Assembly (NCBI GenBank): GCA_964408235.1
Contig: CAYOYN010000003.1
Span: 20,295-84,294, forward strand
Direction of reading: 5' to 3'
Length of the DNA stretch: 64,000 bases
From: Candidatus Woesearchaeota archaeon
Lineage (GTDB): Archaea; Nanobdellota; Nanobdellia; Pacearchaeales; GW2011-AR1
The translations under genes were made by a program, and so were the position numbers. The notes beneath the pieces are model-generated. The model searched no databases. It was not told the DNA's origin and saw only the letters and a list, made by a program, of their open reading frames with translations. Shown piece by piece: positions 1-8,232 of this stretch. Each line of letters starts with the position of its first letter. Position 1 is the stretch's first letter.

Positions 1-72
1 GTAGATGAGGAATTAAATGTTAAAAAAGTAAAGGCTAAAACTAAAAAAGTGGTTAAGAAAAAGAAGAAGTAA
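1..72 (+). CDS. 3' end of a CDS that begins upstream of the window; Lys-rich tail, product unknown
   Basis: Frame 1 is open from base 1 to TAA at 70-72 and reads VDEELNVKKVKAKTKKVVKKKKK*. This is too short to assign a product. Confidence 0.3.
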   Translation, partial: VDEELNVKKVKAKTKKVVKKKKK

Positions 73-137
73 TTCCTATCCCGCGCATACCTAAACTATA
101 TAAAACAAACATAATTCTTACTTGAAGGTGATGATGA

Positions 138-1298
138 ATGCATAACAATCATATTTCTGAACGTGATTTACAACTACCTCATGTTGAATTTCCAGAGATA
201 TCTAGAAGAATTGCTCTTGATAAAAAGATAATTTCCTTGGGCCCGGGAGAACCAGATTTTCTTACTCCTAAACCACTTTTAGATTATGGTAAAAAAGTGC
301 TTGGTAAGGCAACCCATTATACTGAACCTCAAGGATTAATGGAACTTAGAGAAACTATTGTAAAGAAATTGTATAAAGAAAATAATATTGATGTTACTCC
401 CGACAATGTTATTGTTACTTGTGGAAGCCAAGAAGCTATTTTTTCTGCCCTCCTTGCTGCTCTTGACCCTACAGAACAAGTTCTTGTACCTTCTCCAGGA
501 TATGCAGGGTATGTCCCTGCAATTGATTTGGTAAGTGCTACACCTGTTTTTGTCCCACTTTCAAAAGATAATGGGTTTGAATTAAATGCAGACGTTTTGA
601 AAAGACATATCGATAAACAAAAATCTAAAGTTTTGATTTTGAACTCTCCTTCAAATCCTACTGGAAACGTCATGTCTAGAAAAATAATGGAAGAAATTGC
701 AGATGTTGCTATAGATAATGATCTGCTTATATTTTCAGATGAAGCCTACGAACACATTTTATATGATGGGGCTAAGCATGTCTCTATTGGAAGTTTGAAT
801 GGTATGGAAGATCACGTACTAACTTTCCACACTTTCTCTAAAAGTTATGCTATGTGCGGATTTAGATTGGGATATTGCACAGGTCCAAAAAAGTTTATTG
901 CTGAAATGAATAAGGATCATCATTATATCACATTAGGAGCTCCAACAATTTCTCAAATGATAGGTGTAAAGGCCTTGACCATGGATAAAAAATATGTTAA
1001 TCAGATGGTTTCTGAATATAAAAAAAGACGAGACTTGATTGTGCCTAGATTAAATGAAATGAATTTACCTACCTTGATGCCAAAGGGAGCTTTCTACACA
1101 TTTTCAGATATAAGTGCATATTCTAAAAACTCTTCTAAATTCTCTTTTGAAATGATGGAAAAGGCTAAAGTTGCAACTATCCCAGGGACAGAATTTGGAC
1201 CATTTGGAGAAGGATATATGCGTTGCAGTTTTGCAACCTCTTATGATAAGATTGAGACAGCATTAGATAAAATGGAAAAATTCCTAAATAATAAATAA
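138..1298 (+). CDS. Class I/II PLP-dependent aminotransferase (aspartate/aromatic type)
   Basis: 386-aa ORF. It has an SPSNPTG block and an FSKSYAMCGFRLGY block with the PLP-lysine context typical of AspC-like aminotransferases. Confidence 0.85.
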   Translation: MHNNHISERDLQLPHVEFPEISRRIALDKKIISLGPGEPDFLTPKPLLDYGKKVLGKATHYTEPQGLMELRETIVKKLYKENNIDVTPDNVIVTCGSQEAIFSALLAALDPTEQVLVPSPGYAGYVPAIDLVSATPVFVPLSKDNGFELNADVLKRHIDKQKSKVLILNSPSNPTGNVMSRKIMEEIADVAIDNDLLIFSDEAYEHILYDGAKHVSIGSLNGMEDHVLTFHTFSKSYAMCGFRLGYCTGPKKFIAEMNKDHHYITLGAPTISQMIGVKALTMDKKYVNQMVSEYKKRRDLIVPRLNEMNLPTLMPKGAFYTFSDISAYSKNSSKFSFEMMEKAKVATIPGTEFGPFGEGYMRCSFATSYDKIETALDKMEKFLNNK

Positions 1299-1328
1299 AT
1301 ATATATAGTTCAAAGTTCTTTGTTTTTT

Positions 1329-1532
1329 ATGACAAGGCTTGAAGAGTCTTTGTGCGATACACCTTCCGAGGGTTTCAATTCTAACGGTTTTTATTGTGAT
1401 AATAAATTCTTTAGAGGCGTAGGTTACGCGTCATTATTTAGTCTTGCTTTTTGGACCAGTGCCTTTTTTATAGGAGATAGAATTTTAGATTCCGCGTTAC
1501 CTGCAAGACAATACTCTTCTATTCCTAAATAG
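1329..1532 (+). CDS. Small hypothetical protein with one hydrophobic segment
   Basis: First ATG inside ORF 1320..1532. It has a TATA-like atatatag about 25 nt upstream and a hydrophobic stretch GYASLFSLAFWTSAFFIG. Confidence 0.3.
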   Translation: MTRLEESLCDTPSEGFNSNGFYCDNKFFRGVGYASLFSLAFWTSAFFIGDRILDSALPARQYSSIPK

Positions 1533-1566
1533 GTAGGTTTATAAAATAAGTTTTTGCTTGATTTTT

Positions 1567-1773
1567 ATGAATAGAGAATATCAAACTGAAAATCCAATTG
1601 AATTAGACGATGGCTTCTTAAAAATTAAAGATGGAATCAAAAGACCTAATAGAAATAGACTTTCTGACTTGCTATGGTTAATAGTAGGCTTTACAGGAGT
1701 TGGTGGATGCAGTTATTTGACAAATCATATAGAAGATGGCACTCCATACCATATTAAGTATGAATGCAGATAG
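1567..1773 (+). CDS. Small hypothetical protein with one hydrophobic segment
   Basis: First ATG inside ORF 1558..1773. It has a tttataaaa box about 25 nt upstream and a hydrophobic stretch LLWLIVGFTGVGG. The layout resembles the preceding ORF. Confidence 0.3.
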   Translation: MNREYQTENPIELDDGFLKIKDGIKRPNRNRLSDLLWLIVGFTGVGGCSYLTNHIEDGTPYHIKYECR

Positions 1774-2070
1774 TTAGAAATTGTAACCAAATTTTTCTAA
1801 ATCAATCTTATTATTTTCAATTAATACTCCTTCTGAGCTTAACCTTTTAATTTTAGCATCCGTTCCATGGGCATATCCACCAATCATTCCGTTTGAAGAA
1901 ATTACTCTGTGGCAGGGATAGACATTCGTATCATTTGGGTTTTTGTTCATTGCTCTACCTACGGCCCTATACCCTTTGGAATTTAGTTTTTCTGCTATTG
2001 CTTTGTAAGTTGTAACTTTTCCTTTTGGAATTTCTTTTATGATTTGATAACACTTTTCTGAAAAATTCAT
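1774..2070 (-). CDS. ogt: Methylated-DNA-protein-cysteine methyltransferase, single-domain form
   Basis: 98 aa with the active-site motif PCHRVIS followed by G..GGY...K..LL..EG-like spacing. The Cys is present, so this is not an ATL-type protein. Confidence 0.85.
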   Translation of the reverse strand: MNFSEKCYQIIKEIPKGKVTTYKAIAEKLNSKGYRAVGRAMNKNPNDTNVYPCHRVISSNGMIGGYAHGTDAKIKRLSSEGVLIENNKIDLEKFGYNF

Positions 2071-2525
2071 TTTAAAGATTTTATAAAATTTAGAACTTCT
2101 TTAGCATGTCCAATAGGCTTAACATTTTCATAAATTTTTAGAATTTTATTATTCTTGTCCAATATGAAAGTTATTCTTGATATTCCCATATATTTCTTAC
2201 CCATAAACGACTTTTCGCCATAAACTCCGTATTCTTTTGAAACAAGGAAATCAATATCAGATAATAAAACGTGTTTAAGATTATGACTGGTACAAAACTT
2301 TTCTTTCGATTTATTATCTCCTCCTGAAACCCCAATTACTGTAGCATTTAAATTTTCAAACTCATCAAGCATTAAGGAAAAACCTTTTGACTCTATTGTA
2401 CACCCTGGTGTACTATCTTTCGGGTAAAAATAAAGAACCTTTATCTTTTTTATGTTTGATAATTGGTGCTCTTGGTTAAGACGATCTTTTAATATAAAAT
2501 CTGGGGCTATATCTCCTACATTCAT
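2067..2525 (-). CDS. bcp: Thiol peroxidase / peroxiredoxin, Bcp type
   Basis: The FYPKDSTPGCTIE motif contains the peroxidatic Cys. Start taken at MNVGDIAPDF (2525), immediately after the stop of the upstream gene. Confidence 0.85.
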   Translation of the reverse strand: MNVGDIAPDFILKDRLNQEHQLSNIKKIKVLYFYPKDSTPGCTIESKGFSLMLDEFENLNATVIGVSGGDNKSKEKFCTSHNLKHVLLSDIDFLVSKEYGVYGEKSFMGKKYMGISRITFILDKNNKILKIYENVKPIGHAKEVLNFIKSLK

Positions 2526-3145
2526 TTTAGAACTTCTCCTGTTTTCATATACCATAAAAATAAATCTAATTTTGCTAAAGACATCCTTAGAGTACTAGCT
2601 AATTCAGTGAATTTTTGTTCTATCTCCCTATATAATTGAGGGGTTAAAGTTTTTGGCCTGTCAATTACTTTATGTTCTGCTAAGAGCGCTAGAATATGCC
2701 TATCTAAAATTGCAAGATTTTGACCTCCAGTGTTTCTTAAGAAATGAGAAGCTTCTTTCATGCCAAGGCCCTTTATATTTTCAACTAAAAAATCTCTTGC
2801 TTCCAATTCAGTCTTATCTTTAATGATACTTTTTATATTTGAAAATGCTCTTGCACCTACAATATATTTCGCTTTATTATTATGGAATCTGTGTTTATTT
2901 ACTTTGATCAAATTTGCAAGAGTTTCTTGTGAAAGAGTCTTGAATCCTTCTGCTTGAATTTGATTTTGAATTGCTGCCCCAGTCTTTTGTTTAGCATTTG
3001 CAGTTAAAATACAAAAACACAATTCAGAAAACCATTCATCTTCAGATTTAGTTTTAAATGATTCAAATTCTGCAAGTCTTTTGTTAATAATATCATTTAT
3101 TTCAGTCTTTTCTAACTGGCGAACTTTTTCTACCAATTCGTTCAT
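2522..3145 (-). CDS. ogg: HhH-GPD N-glycosylase/DNA lyase, archaeal Ogg2-like 8-oxoguanine glycosylase
   Basis: IKGLGMKEASHFLRNTG...AILDRH is a helix-hairpin-helix plus catalytic Lys/Asp arrangement of the Ogg2 type. ATG 3145 fits an aattataa box about 25 nt upstream; the ORF is open to 3157. Confidence 0.8.
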   Translation of the reverse strand: MNELVEKVRQLEKTEINDIINKRLAEFESFKTKSEDEWFSELCFCILTANAKQKTGAAIQNQIQAEGFKTLSQETLANLIKVNKHRFHNNKAKYIVGARAFSNIKSIIKDKTELEARDFLVENIKGLGMKEASHFLRNTGGQNLAILDRHILALLAEHKVIDRPKTLTPQLYREIEQKFTELASTLRMSLAKLDLFLWYMKTGEVLK

Positions 3146-3221
3146 GAAAATAGACATTTTTGATTGTTATAATTGTTTGCTTATGGATAGATTTATAATT
3201 AGTTATATTTCTATGTACCTC

Positions 3222-3446
3222 ATGATTGATTTAGGCAAGGTAAGAAGCTATATTGAAGATCTTTTATTTCCATATCGGGCGAGTTTAGAATCTGACTCTG
3301 AAAATCTTAGAAGATCATTCATTAGAGATTTAGAAAAAGTTGCGAGCCAAAGAAATTTAAGTTATCAATCAGCAAATAGACAATTACTTTGTAAAAGTTA
3401 TAGAGGTCCTAGCGTTAGTAAAACAGGAAAAAACAGATCATTCTAA
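3222..3446 (+). CDS. Small hypothetical protein (74 aa)
   Basis: ATG at 3222 lies about 25 nt after a tttataat box. It occupies the 280-nt gap between ogg and the ZIP gene. No recognisable motif. Confidence 0.25.
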   Translation: MIDLGKVRSYIEDLLFPYRASLESDSENLRRSFIRDLEKVASQRNLSYQSANRQLLCKSYRGPSVSKTGKNRSF

Positions 3447-4184
3447 TAATAATAAAAGAGACATTACAGTAATTCCTGCAATAAGAGCTAATATTTGAAA
3501 GATAGACTTCTTCGTTTCAAAGTTTTTATGCAATTCAGGAATAAGGTCTGAACCAGCAATATAAATGAATCCACCTATTGCAAGAGGGATCAAATAATCT
3601 GTAATTGGGGTTATTCCTGAAGCCAAAAATGCAATCAAACCACCTGCAACTGCAGTTAGTGCTGAAAGGAAATTGAACAATAGCGCTTTTGATTTTGAAA
3701 ATCCTCCGTGTAAAAGAACTCCAAAGTCTCCAATTTCTTGAGGGATTTCGTGGAAGATTACTGCAATAGTTGTTGCTATCCCAAGAGGGATGTTTACAAT
3801 ATAACTGGCACCTATAATCAAACCATCTATGAAGTTGTGTACTCCATCCCCTACCAGGTTTGTTACAACAAATGGGTGTTCATGCCCTCCATTTTGAGGA
3901 ACGTGACAATGTTGCCAATGAACTATTTTTTCTATTATAAAGAATAGCAATATTCCTCCTAGAATAAGAAAAGAAGTTTTAAGATTGAATAAATTTTCTT
4001 CGATTAGTTCTGGAATTAAGTGGATGAAAACATCCCCTAAAAGAGCTCCAGCTGCAAAACTTACTAAATATAATAAAATTTTATTAAGATTCTTTACTTT
4101 TATTAAAAGAGTAATTACTCCTACAAATGAGATAACGCTTACAATTAGAACACTTACTATTGTGTATAATAATGCTTCATTCAT
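3438..4184 (-). CDS. ZIP-family divalent metal (zinc) transporter, ZupT-like
   Basis: 248 aa and multi-TM. It has an HEIPQEIGDFGVLL motif and a His-rich loop HWQHCHVPQNGGHEH. Confidence 0.85.
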   Translation of the reverse strand: MNEALLYTIVSVLIVSVISFVGVITLLIKVKNLNKILLYLVSFAAGALLGDVFIHLIPELIEENLFNLKTSFLILGGILLFFIIEKIVHWQHCHVPQNGGHEHPFVVTNLVGDGVHNFIDGLIIGASYIVNIPLGIATTIAVIFHEIPQEIGDFGVLLHGGFSKSKALLFNFLSALTAVAGGLIAFLASGITPITDYLIPLAIGGFIYIAGSDLIPELHKNFETKKSIFQILALIAGITVMSLLLLLE

Positions 4185-4219
4185 GACCTTGTTTTGTTAA
4201 GAAGATATTTAAAGCTTAT

Positions 4220-4234
4220 TGATTGCAATTATCA
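4220..4234. promoter_or_regulatory. Candidate Fur/Zur operator in the divergent ZIP / Fur-family intergenic region
   Basis: TGATTGCAATTATCA has inverted outer arms TGAT-N7-ATCA. It lies between a TTTAAAG box (about 4208-4215) and ATG 4242. Confidence 0.3.
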
Positions 4235-4241
4235 TTAAGAA

Positions 4242-4619
4242 ATGGTAGAGAAGAGAGAAACAAAACAGAAAAAAGCCATTGAGAATTTTATTTCTAAACT
4301 TGATAGATTCTTCACCGCGGAAGAAATTTATTCTAAATTAAAGAAAGAGAATACGGGTATTGGAATTGCAACAGTTTATAGATTTTTGAAAGAACTTGAA
4401 AAAGAAAGAAAGATTCATGCATTTAGTTGTGATAGAAGAAAGCTTTATTCAAAGCAAGGAATGTCTCATTCACACTTTGTTTGTGAAATATGCGGATTGA
4501 AAAAACACATTAATATTGAGAAGATAGATTTTCTAAAAAAATTCATCAATGAAGATTTATGCCATGTTCAAATTGAAGTAAGCGGAATTTGCTCTTCTTG
4601 TAAAAATAAAAGCAGATAA
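4242..4619 (+). CDS. Fur-family metal-dependent transcriptional regulator (probably Zur-like)
   Basis: 125 aa. N-terminal wHTH (IGIATVYRFLKELEKERKI), H.H..C..C block (HSHFVCEICG) and C-terminal CSSC pair. Divergent from the ZIP transporter gene. Confidence 0.8.
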   Translation: MVEKRETKQKKAIENFISKLDRFFTAEEIYSKLKKENTGIGIATVYRFLKELEKERKIHAFSCDRRKLYSKQGMSHSHFVCEICGLKKHINIEKIDFLKKFINEDLCHVQIEVSGICSSCKNKSR

Positions 4620-4637
4620 ATATATAAAGCAAAATGG

Positions 4638-5078
4638 ATGTTTTATATTATGTTTAACGGCATAGTAAATTTAAGTTCTAGCTTATTGATTGCAGTTATT
4701 CTTTTTGTCATAGGATTTTTATGGTATGGACCTATATTTGGCAATTTATGGTTAAAATTGTCTAAAGTCCCTGCCGTTGAAGTTGCTAAGGCTCGAAAAA
4801 AAGGAATGAAGGGTATGTGGAAATCTATGATTCTTAACTTTCTAGGAACATTCATCATGGTATATGTTCTTGCAGGATTAATTTCTTTGCTTGGAATTAC
4901 ATCACCTGCTCAAGGAGCAGTTTTAGGATTTTGGTTGTGGCTTGGATTTTTTGCATCTACAACTCTTCTTGGAGGGGTCTTATGGGAAAACAAACCTTGG
5001 GGATTGTTTGCACTTAATGGACTTTACTGGCTTGTTGAATTAAAGCTGGCTGGTTTCTTGATAGTTCTCTGGAATTAG
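4638..5078 (+). CDS. DUF1761-like integral membrane protein
   Basis: 146 aa with four hydrophobic segments. The N-terminal FLWYGPIFGNLW pattern is recalled for DUF1761 proteins. Confidence 0.55.
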   Translation: MFYIMFNGIVNLSSSLLIAVILFVIGFLWYGPIFGNLWLKLSKVPAVEVAKARKKGMKGMWKSMILNFLGTFIMVYVLAGLISLLGITSPAQGAVLGFWLWLGFFASTTLLGGVLWENKPWGLFALNGLYWLVELKLAGFLIVLWN

Positions 5079-5090
5079 AAATAGAAACAT

Positions 5091-5098
5091 TTTAAAGC
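5091..5098 (+). promoter_or_regulatory. TATA-like box for tRNA-Leu
   Basis: TTTAAAGC ends 23 nt before G5121, the first nucleotide of the mature tRNA. This is the same spacing seen before leaderless ATGs. Confidence 0.45.
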
Positions 5099-5120
5099 GA
5101 TTTTAATTATCTCATTTTAA

Positions 5121-5251
5121 GCGGGGGTAGCAAAGCGGTTAAATGCGCGAGACTTAAGACGTCACTCCCTCATTAGAGAGAGTAGCTAAGCGAGACACGT
5201 AAGTGATCTCGTGGCTTAGTGCCTTCGGAGGTTCGAATCCTCCCTCCCGCA
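5121..5251 (+). tRNA. tRNA-Leu(UAA), class II, with a 47-nt intron at the canonical 37/38 position (about 5159-5205)
   Basis: Acceptor GCGGGGG/CTCCCGC (one GU). 3-bp D stem GCA/TGC with a GG loop. Anticodon stem CGAGA/TCTCG interrupted after CTTAAG. 15-nt variable arm (GGC/GCC). T arm GGAGG-TTCGAAT-CCTCC. Discriminator A. T-run follows. Confidence 0.9.
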
Positions 5252-5258
5252 TTTTTTT
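5252..5258 (+). terminator. Oligo-T stretch after tRNA-Leu
   Basis: TTTTTTT immediately follows the discriminator base, the usual archaeal termination signal type. Confidence 0.4.
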
Positions 5259-5484
5259 ATTTGAAGCAGTTGAAGTGAACAAGTCCATTTTGTGACCCCA
5301 ATTCTTACGAATTTAAACTAGAAAGACAAGATGCTAGGGAAATGAAAAAATTACTAAAAATTTGTTTAATTAGTGTAACTATAAAGTAACTATAATAAAA
5401 AGATTTATAAGTGGAAATCATTGCGAAGAAATATCCTACATGTGAGAAATTTTTTTCAATGATGGATTTTACAAGGAAAATAAT

Positions 5485-6402
5485 ATGGTAAGAATATCTC
5501 AGGGTAAAATTAGATTAGAAGATAGAATTATAGATTTATCTAAGTTTGAAGTACGCAAAAAGGTATCGGAAAGAGATTTAGAAACTTATTATGCTTCATT
5601 TCTAGACCATATTAATGAAGCAAGAGACTATTTTGAAGATGAAAACGCTTTTGATAAGGTTGTAAGCGATGCTGCCGGGGCAAAAAAACCAAAGTTGGTT
5701 GCCCGTGAACCGAAATACCCATTTATGTACCCATTTAGAATTTTATCTACAGCCCTAGACATTTTAAGACCTTCAAAAAGAAGATTAAATGATGATTATT
5801 TTACGGAAGGACATTGCATAACTGACATTCCTGGAAAGAGAAGTTTAGAATCAGACACACAAGCAAAACCGGTAGATATGGAATTAAGAAGAGATATAGT
5901 TGAAAAGTTTAAACAGTACCCTGGATACGAAGGAATAATAGAGATTCCAAACGATAGAACAGTTCCTCAAACAAAGTCAACTACTTTTCATGAAGCACTA
6001 CATTATGTCATAAATAGATATCATGCTGAAACAGGAAGAAGCTTTGTTAAAACTTTCGCAAGGGGAGAATTATCGCCGGTTGAAAAATATCAAGCTGAGC
6101 ATACTCTCCATGAAAGAGCAGTAGAAATCCTTACAAATAAATTATTAGTTCATGATCCGGAGGCACAATTTGAAACAAGATGGCTACATCACTCAATGGA
6201 GAATAGATTTAATGATGTAGCGAATATGGTTTCTGCGATGTCTACTATGTTAACTATAGGTTTTACTGCCTTTGGTGCTCCTTATCTTCTACCCTTGGCT
6301 TTAGTTCCTGGAAGAGTAAGAGATTATGCGATAAATAGACATAAACAATCCAAAAAAGGTGAAATGCTAAAACCTGTAGAGTATCCAAAATTTAAGATTT
6401 AA
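5485..6402 (+). CDS. Hypothetical protein with HExxH motif and C-terminal hydrophobic anchor
   Basis: 305 aa. FHEALHYV (HExxH) at about residue 170, further His/Glu pairs (EHTLHERAVE), and a hydrophobic segment MLTIGFTAFGAPYLLPLALVPG near the C-terminus. Confidence 0.6.
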   Translation: MVRISQGKIRLEDRIIDLSKFEVRKKVSERDLETYYASFLDHINEARDYFEDENAFDKVVSDAAGAKKPKLVAREPKYPFMYPFRILSTALDILRPSKRRLNDDYFTEGHCITDIPGKRSLESDTQAKPVDMELRRDIVEKFKQYPGYEGIIEIPNDRTVPQTKSTTFHEALHYVINRYHAETGRSFVKTFARGELSPVEKYQAEHTLHERAVEILTNKLLVHDPEAQFETRWLHHSMENRFNDVANMVSAMSTMLTIGFTAFGAPYLLPLALVPGRVRDYAINRHKQSKKGEMLKPVEYPKFKI

Positions 6403-6471
6403 TTTTATAATAATCTGAAACAACCTCTAAAATACAATAAGATTTAAATATCTTGAAACCAAGATTTTTTT

Positions 6472-7260
6472 ATGAAGAAGTTTGCATTATTCGGAGTTTT
6501 TGCGATTATATTTTCTTTAGGTCTTGTTTTTGCACAAGATGCAGAGCCTTTAATGATCACAGATCAGATATCTGCAGATGTTGTTTATACGGATTCCTTG
6601 CCAATGGATAGTAACGGCGAATTAATGATTAACCTTGTATCTCCTGCTAATGGAGCTACATTTAGTACAACAAGTAATTTTGAAGTAAATTTTGAATTTG
6701 TAGTTTCATCTTTTGACAGCAGACTTGATTATGCGCATAAAACTACTACTTCTAAACAAGATGTACTTCTTGCACCTAGCGGAAAAATAAAATGCACAGT
6801 AACTATTACTGGAGATTCAGACCATGAAATAAGTAGATCATTGCTCTCTTCAGGAGGATCTATTTCAGTGGATAAAGAGTTGGGCCCTGGAGATTATGAA
6901 TGGAATGTTAAGTGTAGAGATTCATTAGATAGAGAAGTGTTAAGTGAAACAAGAGATTTTGCAATAAGTTTGATTCAAACAAACACAAACAGCAATAGTG
7001 GGGGAAATGGTGGATCAAGTAACAATAACGATGATGAATCAAATGGAAGGAGATTAGAGCCTATATCTTTGCCTTTAGAAGACTTAAGCACTGACGTTAC
7101 AAGCGATGAAGAAGAAACTAGTGGATTTTCAGCAATAACGGGAGCAGTAATAGGTGCTGTAGGTAAAAGAGGATTTTATGGAATTATAGGCCTTTTGCTT
7201 TTTGTAGCAATACTTGGAGCTTATGTTTACAATAAAAGAAGACAAGAAGTCAAAAATTAA
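6472..7260 (+). CDS. Secreted, C-terminally anchored surface protein
   Basis: Sec-type signal MKKFALFGVFAIIFSLGLVFA|QD, an N/G/S-rich linker (NTNSNSGGNGGSSNNNDDESNG) and a C-terminal TM plus basic tail. A TTTAAATA box ends 22 nt before the ATG. Confidence 0.7.
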   Translation: MKKFALFGVFAIIFSLGLVFAQDAEPLMITDQISADVVYTDSLPMDSNGELMINLVSPANGATFSTTSNFEVNFEFVVSSFDSRLDYAHKTTTSKQDVLLAPSGKIKCTVTITGDSDHEISRSLLSSGGSISVDKELGPGDYEWNVKCRDSLDREVLSETRDFAISLIQTNTNSNSGGNGGSSNNNDDESNGRRLEPISLPLEDLSTDVTSDEEETSGFSAITGAVIGAVGKRGFYGIIGLLLFVAILGAYVYNKRRQEVKN

Positions 7261-7377
7261 ATGACCTTCTCAGGCAATCAGCTTAACACCTTTGAAAATT
7301 CTCAAGTAACATTATTATTTAGTGTAACTCACCTACAACATAGGGATGTGTAGATTTCTTAAAAAACGATTAAAATG

Positions 7378-7539
7378 TTATTTTGAAAAATCAATATTTT
7401 CAATTATACTGTCTGCATTATTGATTACATGTTTTAATGCATCATCATGAGTAGAATTCCTATTTTCTTTTAGATGTGCTAAAGCACTAGTTGCTCCGGC
7501 GATAACTGCAAGGTGAAGCTCTTTATTTTCTTTTTTCAT
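7378..7539 (-). CDS. Small hypothetical ORF (53 aa), below the ORF-track cutoff
   Basis: Hand translation: MKKENKELHLAVIAGATSALAHLKENRNSTHDDALKHVINNADSIIENIDFSK*. A TTAAATAA box lies about 20 nt upstream on the minus strand. Confidence 0.3.
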   Translation of the reverse strand: MKKENKELHLAVIAGATSALAHLKENRNSTHDDALKHVINNADSIIENIDFSK

Positions 7540-7588
7540 GATTTCTCCTAATTTCCAGCTTATTTAAGCATATTTGTGATAAATTAGA

Positions 7589-7837
7589 TTATCTTTTATT
7601 TACCATACCTTCAAGAACTTCTCTTAGAAGGCTCATTATTTCCCTACCTTCTTGTTTTTTGCCTTCTTGATAAAAAGCCCTAAACAAACGACCCAATAAT
7701 CTTGCATTATTTATTTGGTCCACTGTATCATGATGAGGTGTTGAATCATATGCATCTCTTAACAAGCCGTCACACGCTCCCCTTACTGAAAGGCCTGATT
7801 CTCTTTGAACCTCATAACGAAAATCTCTATACCTCAT
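7589..7837 (-). CDS. Hypothetical protein (82 aa)
   Basis: ORF with a tttataat box upstream on the minus strand. Arg/Asp/Tyr-rich composition, like several other orphans in the window. Confidence 0.45.
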   Translation of the reverse strand: MRYRDFRYEVQRESGLSVRGACDGLLRDAYDSTPHHDTVDQINNARLLGRLFRAFYQEGKKQEGREIMSLLREVLEGMVNKR

Positions 7838-7962
7838 TTTATAACTTGGAGTTTAGATTAAATTAGATTATAAATGTTTTTGGAAAATTTATTTTAAAAA
7901 TATCCTTACTAATTAGCTCACATAACAAATATCTTTTTATAGAGATTTTAGTGTCAAAATTA

Positions 7963-8217
7963 ATGGGCGATATCATTGAGGTTGCAGGGATGTTAGGGCT
8001 TGCTCTTAGTAGCATTGCTCTGGCATTAGCTGGACAAGGATACAATAATAAATTGCTAGTATTCTTAGGGAGAACTTCTGCTGTAATCTTCTCATTGCTC
8101 TTCTTCATTTTGTTAGTTAGGGCAATTTTGGTTAAGTTACAATTTTTTGGAATTATTGATCCTTCAGCATGTGTATTTTGCATTACTAGACATTGGCCAT
8201 ACTTTAGACTAGTCTAA
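7963..8217 (+). CDS. Small membrane protein (84 aa, two hydrophobic segments)
   Basis: ATG 7963 follows a ctttttatag box by about 20 nt. Preferred over the overlapping antisense ORF 7863..8183, which has low-complexity composition. Confidence 0.45.
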   Translation: MGDIIEVAGMLGLALSSIALALAGQGYNNKLLVFLGRTSAVIFSLLFFILLVRAILVKLQFFGIIDPSACVFCITRHWPYFRLV

Positions 8218-8232
8218 ATATGTATTGGGATA

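Noticed and set aside
329-673. Antisense ORFs in the six-frame track that lie wholly inside strongly supported genes. Examples: 329..673, 8898..9161, 14771..15309, 16200..16622, 25150..25796, 36856..37167, 38088..38708, 55726..56022, 57170..57412.
   Set aside because: Each is the shadow of a gene with clear family motifs on the other strand. They have low-complexity, Ser/Phe/Leu/Ile-rich composition typical of AT-rich antisense frames, and no TATA-like box at the 22-23 nt spacing.
5370-5380. TTAGTGTAACT occurs at 5370-5380 and again at 7319-7329, flanking the two orphan genes next to tRNA-Leu. Considered as possible attachment-site repeats of an integrated element.
   Set aside because: An 11-mer match is expected many times by chance among all position pairs in 64 kb of AT-rich DNA. 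The repeat is not part of the tRNA, and no integrase is present.
7863-8183. Minus-strand 106-aa ORF overlapping the small membrane ORF 7963..8217.
   Set aside because: It has no promoter box at the proper spacing and an odd composition. The plus-strand ORF has a TATA-like box about 20 nt upstream and two clean hydrophobic helices. Neither call is strong.
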